IMG/VR virus record: IMGVR_UViG_3300031673_008942
Coordinates: 32,001 to 96,000 of that record
Source: a virus
Length of the DNA: 64,000 nt
Strand: one strand, 5' to 3'
Shown one piece after another: positions 56,666-64,000 of the stretch (position 1 is the first letter of the stretch; the number at the start of each line of letters is the position of its first letter). The translations under genes and the position numbers were made by a program. The notes beneath the pieces were generated by a model. That model worked only from the letters and a program-made list of their open reading frames with translations. It was not told the DNA's origin and did no database searches.

Positions 56666-57300
56666 AAATGGAAATATTAAAGTTATTAGATGATTATGTG
56701 CCCACTGCTACGAGCACAGAGAGCGTTGTCAGAATGCAATTGGAGCGTCCTGTTAAGGGTGAAGATGGTAATATCGGTGATTGGAAGAAAGAGGATGTTA
56801 ATGCACGTTTCTTACATGGAGCAATTGGGCTTGTTACAGAAACGGGAGAGCTTGAGGAGTCAATATATAAAGCGAAATGGAACAAGGAAAAATGGGACAC
56901 CGTGAATGTCATAGAGGAATGTGGTGACGTGATTTGGTATCTGGCTATCGTTGTAGATTCGCTTGGGTTATCTTTTGTAGGCTTGGATGTTCAAAGTGCA
57001 TGGATTGATAAAAATATTGCGATTAGCAGGATGATTATATCGGCAGACCAAATTATTGACAAGGCAAAGAGAAATATCTTTTATGGAAAGCCTCTTGAAG
57101 AGGATGCTGTAAAGAGAGAACTCGGAAATCTAATTGGAGCTATGGATTGTTTATGCAAGCATGCTGATGGAAGTATCGAGCAGGCGATTGACAAGGTTAC
57201 TTATAAGCTTACGAAGGTTCGCTTTAAGGATGGTTTTAATCAGGAAGATGCCTACAATCGTGATTTGAAAGAAGAGCGTGATGCACTAGAAAGCAAGTAA
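56662..57300 (+). CDS. MazG-like NTP pyrophosphatase (one intact and one degenerate repeat)
   Basis: LHGAIGLVTETGEL...EECGDVIWYLA; second half KAKRNIFYGKPL...ELGNL. Confidence 0.8.
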   Translation: MKMEILKLLDDYVPTATSTESVVRMQLERPVKGEDGNIGDWKKEDVNARFLHGAIGLVTETGELEESIYKAKWNKEKWDTVNVIEECGDVIWYLAIVVDSLGLSFVGLDVQSAWIDKNIAISRMIISADQIIDKAKRNIFYGKPLEEDAVKRELGNLIGAMDCLCKHADGSIEQAIDKVTYKLTKVRFKDGFNQEDAYNRDLKEERDALESK

Positions 57301-57328
57301 AATTAACTTATAGGAAGATTATTTTACA

Positions 57329-58030
57329 ATGAATGGTATAAGCATATGCGTTCTTACATATAATGTATTGTTTTATAACAAGTTGCAACTTAAACAAGTG
57401 CGTGAGCTTACTCGCTTAATGCCTTATGAGTTGATATTTTATGATAATGGCAGCACTGATGGGTCGGTTGAATATCTGGAGTCTCAGGAAGATGTGAGGC
57501 TTATTAAGGGTACGAATAATTCACTGAGGCATGGTGAGGCACTTGATGTATTGGCAAAAGAGTCTAAATATCCTATTACGTGTACTTTAGATTCTGATGC
57601 TTTCCCTATGAGTCCAGATTGGCTCACGCCTGCTTTTTTCTTGGATGATGATTGTGTGCTTGCTGGTATTGATAGAGGATGGGGCAGGCAGTTCCATCAT
57701 TATGTGTGCCCTTCTTATCTGTTTGGATGGACTGATTGGATAAAGAAGCATACGTTCGCTGATACGTGGCCGACGGCTGATACTGGAGAATTGATGGGTA
57801 AGGCATGCGTTGAAGAGGGAAAGCACCAGAAGCTGTGGAAATATAGTTGTACCGACTGGGGGGATAAATTTAAATCAAATAAACCGAATAACTATAATGG
57901 ATGGGTTTGGCATACTTGGTGGGGAGGTCGTTCCAAATCTATTCCTGGATTGGCTGGTGATGAATTTGAGGTTGATTATCACGATTATGTTGAAAATATG
58001 TTAAGAAGAAAGTTTAATTTGGATTTTTAG
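57329..58030 (+). CDS. GT2-family glycosyltransferase
   Basis: ISICVLTYN, DNGSTDGS, TLDSDAFP, DTG. Confidence 0.85.
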   Translation: MNGISICVLTYNVLFYNKLQLKQVRELTRLMPYELIFYDNGSTDGSVEYLESQEDVRLIKGTNNSLRHGEALDVLAKESKYPITCTLDSDAFPMSPDWLTPAFFLDDDCVLAGIDRGWGRQFHHYVCPSYLFGWTDWIKKHTFADTWPTADTGELMGKACVEEGKHQKLWKYSCTDWGDKFKSNKPNNYNGWVWHTWWGGRSKSIPGLAGDEFEVDYHDYVENMLRRKFNLDF

Positions 58031-58039
58031 GAGGTTTTT

Positions 58040-58972
58040 ATGAATGCCGTGTTGTTGCCTTTAACGGAAGAATGGGTTGTTGCTGAGATGGTTGGCAAAA
58101 AATTAAGTGTTGGCATCAATAATCTTCCCACTCCTGATGTGGAGATAATGGGTTTTGCGATTCTTGGTGATGGGGGTTCTATGGAATCTGACGTGGCTTC
58201 CAAATGGGAGGTGACAGATAGCGTTTTGGAGCTTCAGGATGAGAGAGGTAAGGTAATTTACCGATTTAGTGGAGCTCTGGCTTCTAATGGAAGTCTATTT
58301 TTGAGTGGGGATTCTCTGAGGGATGCGAGCTTGAATGGTTTCACTCGGACGATTATGTATCCTTTTGTTTCAGTTGGGGATAATTTTGGAGTATTGGTTA
58401 GCTCTCATGCCGACTATTACCAGAATGGGCCGGTAGATTTATTGATTACATCATTGATTCGCCATGGTATATCTGAAGAACGTATTCGAGTGGTGGTGGC
58501 AGGAAGCAGGGATGATAGCGAAGAGGAACAGCCTGGACACCTTCACATAGAGGGTAATCATTTTGGATTTAGCGGATTGAGTGGGTTGGATGATTCTTAT
58601 CCATATTGGATGCTGTTGCATGATACCTGTGAGGTAATGGGTGATTTTAAGGAGAAGTCTTCTTTGATAGATGTCGGATTGAATTATGATTCAATTCTTT
58701 TCACTCCAGAGAAGCATAATGGGGTGGGTTTATATCGAACTGATTTTGTAAATGAAATTAATTGGAGTGAGGTAAGAGGAGACCGATTATTTGACCACAT
58801 AAAGAATTCATCTAAGCTGAGAATGTTATTGGGAGGTCGTGCGAATAGTGGTATGGCTTCGCAAGGGAAAAGAGATGTGTATGGAAATGGAACTCTGAGG
58901 AAGGTGTTCTATTTAGAAAGTATTGGTATAAAGAAATATTCGTCGGATTCATTGACGGTAAAGGCTCCATAA
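58040..58972 (+). CDS. Hypothetical protein with C-terminal GT-A-like domain
   Basis: AGGAGG RBS; VSSH..Y....LLITSL, YWMLLHDTC. Confidence 0.5.
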   Translation: MNAVLLPLTEEWVVAEMVGKKLSVGINNLPTPDVEIMGFAILGDGGSMESDVASKWEVTDSVLELQDERGKVIYRFSGALASNGSLFLSGDSLRDASLNGFTRTIMYPFVSVGDNFGVLVSSHADYYQNGPVDLLITSLIRHGISEERIRVVVAGSRDDSEEEQPGHLHIEGNHFGFSGLSGLDDSYPYWMLLHDTCEVMGDFKEKSSLIDVGLNYDSILFTPEKHNGVGLYRTDFVNEINWSEVRGDRLFDHIKNSSKLRMLLGGRANSGMASQGKRDVYGNGTLRKVFYLESIGIKKYSSDSLTVKAP

Positions 58973-59392
58973 ATGGTGGTTACTTGTAATGGTTGTTTTG
59001 ATGTGTTGCATTCGGGGCATTTATTTTTTCTTGGGTATGCATTGAGTCGAGGTACATCTCTTGTTGTGGGTATCAATTCTGATGATTATATTCGTCGAAC
59101 TAAGCGTCTTGATTTTATTCCTCAAGAAATTCGTCGGGAAAATCTCTTAAGTTTGGGCTTTATAAAGACTGTAGAGATTTTTGAGGAGGATTCTCCAATA
59201 GAGTTTATTCGTAGAATTCGTCCTAATATTCACTGTACAGGTGTAGAATATAGTGAAAACTGTGCAGAGACCCAAGTATGTGATGAGTTGGGTATAGAAC
59301 TCGTATTTATTCCACGAGTTGGCGACTGGTCTACAACTTCAATAAGAGAGAAGCAGAATGCAGGAAACGACAAAGGCTTACCTGAGACGTAA
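58973..59392 (+). CDS. Cytidylyl/adenylyltransferase (HIGH family; RfaE-II/TagD-like)
   Basis: NGCFDVLHSGH, LVVGINSD, STT. Confidence 0.88.
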   Translation: MVVTCNGCFDVLHSGHLFFLGYALSRGTSLVVGINSDDYIRRTKRLDFIPQEIRRENLLSLGFIKTVEIFEEDSPIEFIRRIRPNIHCTGVEYSENCAETQVCDELGIELVFIPRVGDWSTTSIREKQNAGNDKGLPET

Positions 59393-61343
59393 GAATGATA
59401 AATTTTGGGACAGAGTTTTCAAGGGTAATGGTATTGACATAGGCTCTGGAGATGACCCGTTTAAAGAAGAATGGTTTACTGGTATTAAATCTATCAAGCC
59501 TTTTGACTTAGAGGATGGGGATGCTCAATTCTTATCTCGGTATGTAGGTTCTGAATCCTTTGACTTCGTACATAGTTCGAATTGTTTAGAGCATATGCAT
59601 GACCCTGTGGGAGCTCTTTCGGAATGGTGCGAGGTTCTTAAGCCAAATGGATATTTGGTTTTTACAGTTCCTGATGAAGATTTATACGAGCAGGGTATTT
59701 TCCCTTCGAGATGGAATGGAGACCATAAAGTAAGCTTTACGATATGGAAGAATGATTCTTGGTGTGATAAGTCTATGAATATTTCTGAGCTTGTTTCTCA
59801 GGTTCCGGGAATGCAGGTAAAAAAGATTGAACTTGTTGATACTAATTATGATTATTCCAGAAAGAATTATGACCAGACTTACCATTCGAATGCGGAATGT
59901 TTCATTGAGGTGGTGCTTTGGAAGAATCCGGTATTGGCTTATGAGAGAGTGGGGACAAAAGAGATTGAGAGAACGTTCAAACATAGTGGGGCTCGTGGTG
60001 ATTTGATTTATGGATTATGTGCGATGAAGGCACTTGGAGGTGGAGAGCTGTATATTAATCTTGATGCCAAACATCATTATGTAGGAGTGGGAATTGATGA
60101 GAATGATGTGAAGTGGTTTAAGGAGCTTTTAATATCTCATGATTACGTGGATGATGTCCAAGTTTGGGATGGCCGAGATGTTGGATACGATTTGGATAAT
60201 TTCAGAGATTTTGATATTGATGCCAATTTGTTGAGCTGGTCTCATCTTAATCGTTTCAAGGCAGAGGCAGATTTGAGTTTGCCTTGGTTGGAGATGGATA
60301 AGATTCCTAAAATTTATGAAGGGGATATCGTTATTTCTCGAAGTGCGAGATATCATGGTTTCTTGGATTGGGGCGAATTAAAGGGATGGGAGGATAGATG
60401 TGTGTTTATTGGTATGCAGGAAGAGTGGGAGGATTTTAGAAAGAATGTAGGGCTTCATATTCAGTATCGTCCCGTTTCGAGTTATATAGAGATGGCAGGA
60501 ATTATAGCTGCCTCGAAGCTGTTTATCGGAAATCAGTCTTTCCCCTATAGTTTGGCAGAAGCGATGAAGGCAAATCGAGTTTTAGAGGTATGCATCTCTT
60601 GTCCTAACTGTGACCCTCAAAGTGATAATGGACATGTAAGATTGACTCAGAATATTCTTAATCACTATGTGGTTAAAGAGAGGGAACTGAAAGAATTTGA
60701 GAAAGAGACTCGTAGTCATAATCCTTGGAAGTTGAGCAAGGTTAGGGTGCCAGTAATGCAGAAGCCCGGTTTATGGGAAAGGATAAAATCCCCTCAGCAG
60801 TTGAAAGACCGTCCCTTGGTGAGCGTTGTGGTTTGTGCTCTGATAGGTAAAGAGGATGATATTCAATTTATGGATAAAAATATTAATGATTGTGACTTGA
60901 TTAAGTTTTTACAGAAAGATAGGGATTTGGAGGAGTCTGTTATTGCGATGGGAACGATTAAAACATTAGCCACTAATATTAATAATGCAGCTTTACTGGC
61001 GAACGGTGATTATATTGCGATTGTGGATGCAAATACTACTCTTTCCCCTGGATGGTCAAGTGATATGAGAGATTGCTTTGTGGATGAGAGCGTAGGAATT
61101 GTTGGTACTGAACGTTCTTTCAAAAAAACTCCTCATATGAAATTTGGGTGTTTGATGATTGCGAGAAGGGCCTATGAGGCATGTGGATTATTTTCAACAA
61201 AAATTGATGATTGGAATGAGCAGGCTTTAGACTTGGCAGTGAGATATGGGAAACAGGGATATGGTTCTCGACAATCTTCGGACCGGTCTATTGAGATTAG
61301 CTCTCATATAAAAGAGTACTATGAGGTCAAAAATGATTATTAA
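59358..61343 (+). CDS. Fusion: class I SAM methyltransferase + GT9-like (GT-B) domain + degenerate GT2-like domain
   Basis: GIDIGSG, FDFVHSSNCLEH, VLKPNG; HSGARGDLI...FIGNQSFPYSLAEAM; PLVSVVV...N.AALLANGDYIAIVD. Confidence 0.75.
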   Translation: MQETTKAYLRRKNDKFWDRVFKGNGIDIGSGDDPFKEEWFTGIKSIKPFDLEDGDAQFLSRYVGSESFDFVHSSNCLEHMHDPVGALSEWCEVLKPNGYLVFTVPDEDLYEQGIFPSRWNGDHKVSFTIWKNDSWCDKSMNISELVSQVPGMQVKKIELVDTNYDYSRKNYDQTYHSNAECFIEVVLWKNPVLAYERVGTKEIERTFKHSGARGDLIYGLCAMKALGGGELYINLDAKHHYVGVGIDENDVKWFKELLISHDYVDDVQVWDGRDVGYDLDNFRDFDIDANLLSWSHLNRFKAEADLSLPWLEMDKIPKIYEGDIVISRSARYHGFLDWGELKGWEDRCVFIGMQEEWEDFRKNVGLHIQYRPVSSYIEMAGIIAASKLFIGNQSFPYSLAEAMKANRVLEVCISCPNCDPQSDNGHVRLTQNILNHYVVKERELKEFEKETRSHNPWKLSKVRVPVMQKPGLWERIKSPQQLKDRPLVSVVVCALIGKEDDIQFMDKNINDCDLIKFLQKDRDLEESVIAMGTIKTLATNINNAALLANGDYIAIVDANTTLSPGWSSDMRDCFVDESVGIVGTERSFKKTPHMKFGCLMIARRAYEACGLFSTKIDDWNEQALDLAVRYGKQGYGSRQSSDRSIEISSHIKEYYEVKNDY

Positions 61344-62067
61344 ACTGTCGGGTGGCTTAGATAGGGTTTTGATGTTAGCTCCGGTATTGCGTGAGTATAA
61401 ATTTAGAAATCCTTATGAGAAGATTTATTTTGAGACTGACTATCCTTTGTTCACTTGTGAGGAGGCAGATAAGGCAGCGGTGTTTATTGACCGAAAAGAT
61501 GAGTCTGTCTTGGTGTTGGATATTTTTAATGAAATTTCTGAGGATATGCATATTATGGACTTATATGCGAGTATAATTTTGGGAGATACTCGGATTCGGA
61601 ATAGGATGATTGATAATATCCCTTATTTAAATAATCTCAGAAAGGTGGCTTCCCCTAATATTGTTATTGATTCACGTTTTGTTAAAATGGTCCCTGACTT
61701 GGAGAAGTACGGAAAAGTAGAGGTGGCAGAATATCATAACAGTGGTTTGGATAATATCCTTTTTATAGGTTATGATGATGACCTTTCTTATCTGGCAATG
61801 ACTTCGAATACTCCCATGATAATGATATTTGACAAAAGGTCTCCCAAGTATGTAAGGCCTTTTAGGAAGAATATCTTTTTTGAAGCAATAGAACCATCTT
61901 ATGAGGTATGCTCGTCGGCTCCATTTTGTTTACGTAAGAATGGATTGATTGAGTTTAAAAATGTATATGGGGTTAAGTGTGATAATGAGACTCCTTTTGC
62001 CTGTGAGAATTATGTGACTTATGAGATGGTTATGGAGTCGGTGAAAAGGATATTACATGAATGTTGA
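61321..62067 (+). CDS. Divergent GT9-like (heptosyltransferase-fold) protein
   Basis: GGLDRVLMLAPVLREYK, LFIGYDDDLSYLA...TPMIMIF, C-terminal Cys cluster. Confidence 0.55.
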   Translation: MRSKMIIKLSGGLDRVLMLAPVLREYKFRNPYEKIYFETDYPLFTCEEADKAAVFIDRKDESVLVLDIFNEISEDMHIMDLYASIILGDTRIRNRMIDNIPYLNNLRKVASPNIVIDSRFVKMVPDLEKYGKVEVAEYHNSGLDNILFIGYDDDLSYLAMTSNTPMIMIFDKRSPKYVRPFRKNIFFEAIEPSYEVCSSAPFCLRKNGLIEFKNVYGVKCDNETPFACENYVTYEMVMESVKRILHEC

Positions 62068-62818
62068 CTGGGAGTATAATTCAGTCAGCGTTGTCTTGGC
62101 TTCTTATAATCAAGTGAGAACATTGCCCTTAGTATTGGAATCTCTTAACCGACAATACTGCCCACCTATTGAGGTTATTGTGAGCGACGATGGCTCGACA
62201 GATGAGACTATTGATTATTTGGATACTATTCCTGATGATAAGTTTAATTTTGATTTGCGTTATGTGTTGGGTAAGCATGTTGGTTATAATTTGGTTGGGG
62301 TTAATAATAGAGGGTCTGCCCAGGCAAAAGGCTATCGTATTCTCTTTACTAATTCAGATATAATTCACTCCCCAAGCTCGGTTTGTTCGCATGGTAGCTT
62401 GGGTCCAGAGTATATTGGAGGGGGTTTTATAAATGGCATATCTCTTCCTATGTCAAATGAGGTAAAGCTTAAGGATGTGGAGAATTTTGGTATTGTGGAG
62501 GATATGAGTAGGAGATTTCCTCCTAAAATGACTAACATTGATTATTTCAGAGGGCCGGCAGAGGCTGGGTTTTATGGCGTATGGGGTGGAAATTATTCTG
62601 TCCCAAAATGGATGTGGAAGGCGATTAATGGTTTCAACGAAGGGTATAAAATGCTATATGGCGGAGAGGAAGCTGATTTTATTCAGCGTTCTCGTAAGAT
62701 TGCCGGTGCCAAAGTAGAATGGGCTAAGGATTCAGAGTCTTTTCATTTGGAGCACGAGCCAAGGACATATAGGAAATTAGCGAAAGGCAATGACAAATAT
62801 AGGAAAGAGTATTTATGA
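62057..62818 (+). CDS. GT2-family glycosyltransferase with GT7-type C-terminal motif
   Basis: SVVLASYN, DDGSTD, NSD, WGGNYS...INGFNEGY..YGGEEADF. Confidence 0.85.
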   Translation: MNVDWEYNSVSVVLASYNQVRTLPLVLESLNRQYCPPIEVIVSDDGSTDETIDYLDTIPDDKFNFDLRYVLGKHVGYNLVGVNNRGSAQAKGYRILFTNSDIIHSPSSVCSHGSLGPEYIGGGFINGISLPMSNEVKLKDVENFGIVEDMSRRFPPKMTNIDYFRGPAEAGFYGVWGGNYSVPKWMWKAINGFNEGYKMLYGGEEADFIQRSRKIAGAKVEWAKDSESFHLEHEPRTYRKLAKGNDKYRKEYL

Positions 62819-63225
62819 ACACTATAAAAATATCCTCCTCTAATAAGGAAGCTCGTTTGCCTGATGGTAATCCTTTCAAGTTTTATGTTTTAGATGACAT
62901 AAAGATTTATGGTAGCGAGTCAACGGTTATCCCTGTGGGTTATACTTTTGACGTTGGTAGGTCTCACACTCTTATTGTTGAGTCTTTAAGACCTGACTTG
63001 ATAATAGTTGACTATGTGAAATTGGTCGATGAGATTGGGATTGTAGTTCAGGCAGTGGAATATCTTCAGGTTGAGCTGAATAAGGATGAGCCATTTGCTA
63101 CAGGGAGGATTGTCGAAACTCCTCTTGTTAAGTTGAGGTTTGCGGTATTTAATGAAGAGAATAAGCGTAAAATATTTGGAGGAGTATCTAAAATTGAAAA
63201 TAGTGATTCAAAAACAGACCAGTAG
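62815..63225 (+). CDS. Degenerate trimeric dUTPase-fold protein
   Basis: IK......ARLP...I......VIPVG...GIV...LNKDEPFA spacing as in dUTPases, but RSG and IDxDYRG are missing. Confidence 0.4.
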   Translation: MNTIKISSSNKEARLPDGNPFKFYVLDDIKIYGSESTVIPVGYTFDVGRSHTLIVESLRPDLIIVDYVKLVDEIGIVVQAVEYLQVELNKDEPFATGRIVETPLVKLRFAVFNEENKRKIFGGVSKIENSDSKTDQ

Positions 63226-63979
63226 TCCAGAGTCTTCATTCATAGAGAAGACATTGGAAGATGCTGTGGTCTTCAATCAATATGAGAAATTGGCTCATTG
63301 CGAATATTATGATGTGGCTGTGTGTCTTGGACCTGTAAGGCAACGTCCAAGAGCTAAAAAATCTATTCTCTTTGTTTTTGGAGAGACTATGTTGCATCAT
63401 GACCTAGAGTGGGACTTGGTGGTGGTTACATGCCGAAAAGCATTTAAGAATGCGATGAGGGTTTTTGGCCATAAGTGTAAAGTTGTTATTGCCGCTCCTG
63501 CATTGGCTGATTTACATATGGGGCAAAGACGTATTGTAGGTCAAAACCGATTTGGGCTGTATGCAGGAGCAAGAATATTTAAAGATGTTGTGTATCAAAT
63601 GAACCTGTGGGATAATTCTAATCACATAGATTTGCAGACATTTAATATTAAATCTAGAGTTCCGGGAATGGAATGTGCTCTTAATATTGAGATTTATAAT
63701 AGTTTGGAGTTTAACAGCTTGGTGAGAGGGGGAGCAGTCGGCATTTACCCTTCTTGTATGGATGATGGATATGATATTCAGGTTAGAAGGCATTTGGCCC
63801 TTGGTGGGGCTGTGGCATGCCCTAAGGATGCGGAAGTGATTGGAGAATTAGTGGATGTTGTTTATGACATTAATGATGTCATTCATTTTGAAAAGGTTGA
63901 AAGGAGAGAAGGTAGATTGGAAGAAGTGGCTTCAATCTCTTTATATTCTGACCTAATAAAAGAAATAGTAGGCTTATAG
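63140..63979 (+). CDS. Hypothetical protein, possibly divergent GT-B glycosyltransferase (start may be TTG 63194)
   Basis: GIYPSCMDDGY..QV...LALGGAV resembles the GT4 C-terminal xPSxxEGFG motif. Confidence 0.45.
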   Translation: MRYLMKRISVKYLEEYLKLKIVIQKQTSSPESSFIEKTLEDAVVFNQYEKLAHCEYYDVAVCLGPVRQRPRAKKSILFVFGETMLHHDLEWDLVVVTCRKAFKNAMRVFGHKCKVVIAAPALADLHMGQRRIVGQNRFGLYAGARIFKDVVYQMNLWDNSNHIDLQTFNIKSRVPGMECALNIEIYNSLEFNSLVRGGAVGIYPSCMDDGYDIQVRRHLALGGAVACPKDAEVIGELVDVVYDINDVIHFEKVERREGRLEEVASISLYSDLIKEIVGL

Positions 63980-64000
63980 ATGGCAGGGAATTTACCAATA

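Noticed and set aside
539-63793. Minus-strand ORFs in the supplied track
   Set aside because: All are antisense shadows of well-supported + strand genes and show no recognisable motifs
1-64000. Alternative genetic code (TAG or TGA reassignment), common in large phages
   Set aside because: Long genes are intact under code 11, and TAG, TGA and TAA each end genes directly before the next RBS or start
1-64000. tRNA, rRNA, integrase or transposase genes; inteins in DnaE, DnaB or RecA
   Set aside because: Intergenic gaps are short with no cloverleaf seen; the enzymes have normal lengths and contiguous motifs

Overview
The window is a 64-kb stretch of a large (probably jumbo or huge) tailed dsDNA bacteriophage genome. 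All convincing genes are on the + strand, tightly packed and read with the standard code (TAA, TAG and TGA all serve as stops). There are three modules. (1) About 0.2-27.5 kb, virion morphogenesis: small probable internal head proteins (one has a RelA/SpoT-type synthetase domain), neck and tail-completion proteins, three paralogous tail-tube proteins, three paralogous tail chaperones, a 1998-aa tape measure, baseplate proteins, a collagen-like Gly-X-Gln fibre and an adjacent GT2-TPR glycosyltransferase. (2) About 27.6-52.4 kb, replication, recombination and partition: SNF2, DnaB, a degenerate YhaM-like OB-HD protein, DnaG, a sigma-like factor, a Ski2/Hel308 helicase split in two around a uracil-DNA glycosylase gene, UvsY-like protein, gp32-like SSB, RecA, 5'-3' exonuclease, tubulin/FtsZ, Mre11/SbcD, ParB-like protein and DnaE. 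(3) About 53-64 kb, a glycosyltransferase and nucleotide-sugar cluster with a DNA methyltransferase and a MazG-like enzyme. The most notable observations are: a probable -1 programmed frameshift (A10 tract plus a long stem-loop) that appends a Cys4 domain to the SSB; the split helicase; a shared amphipathic peptide, possibly a capsid-targeting signal, on several unrelated proteins including the alarmone-synthetase-like one; near-total GATC avoidance; and TATAAT elements sitting in hairpin loops. All family assignments come from motif recognition by eye. No database searches were run.
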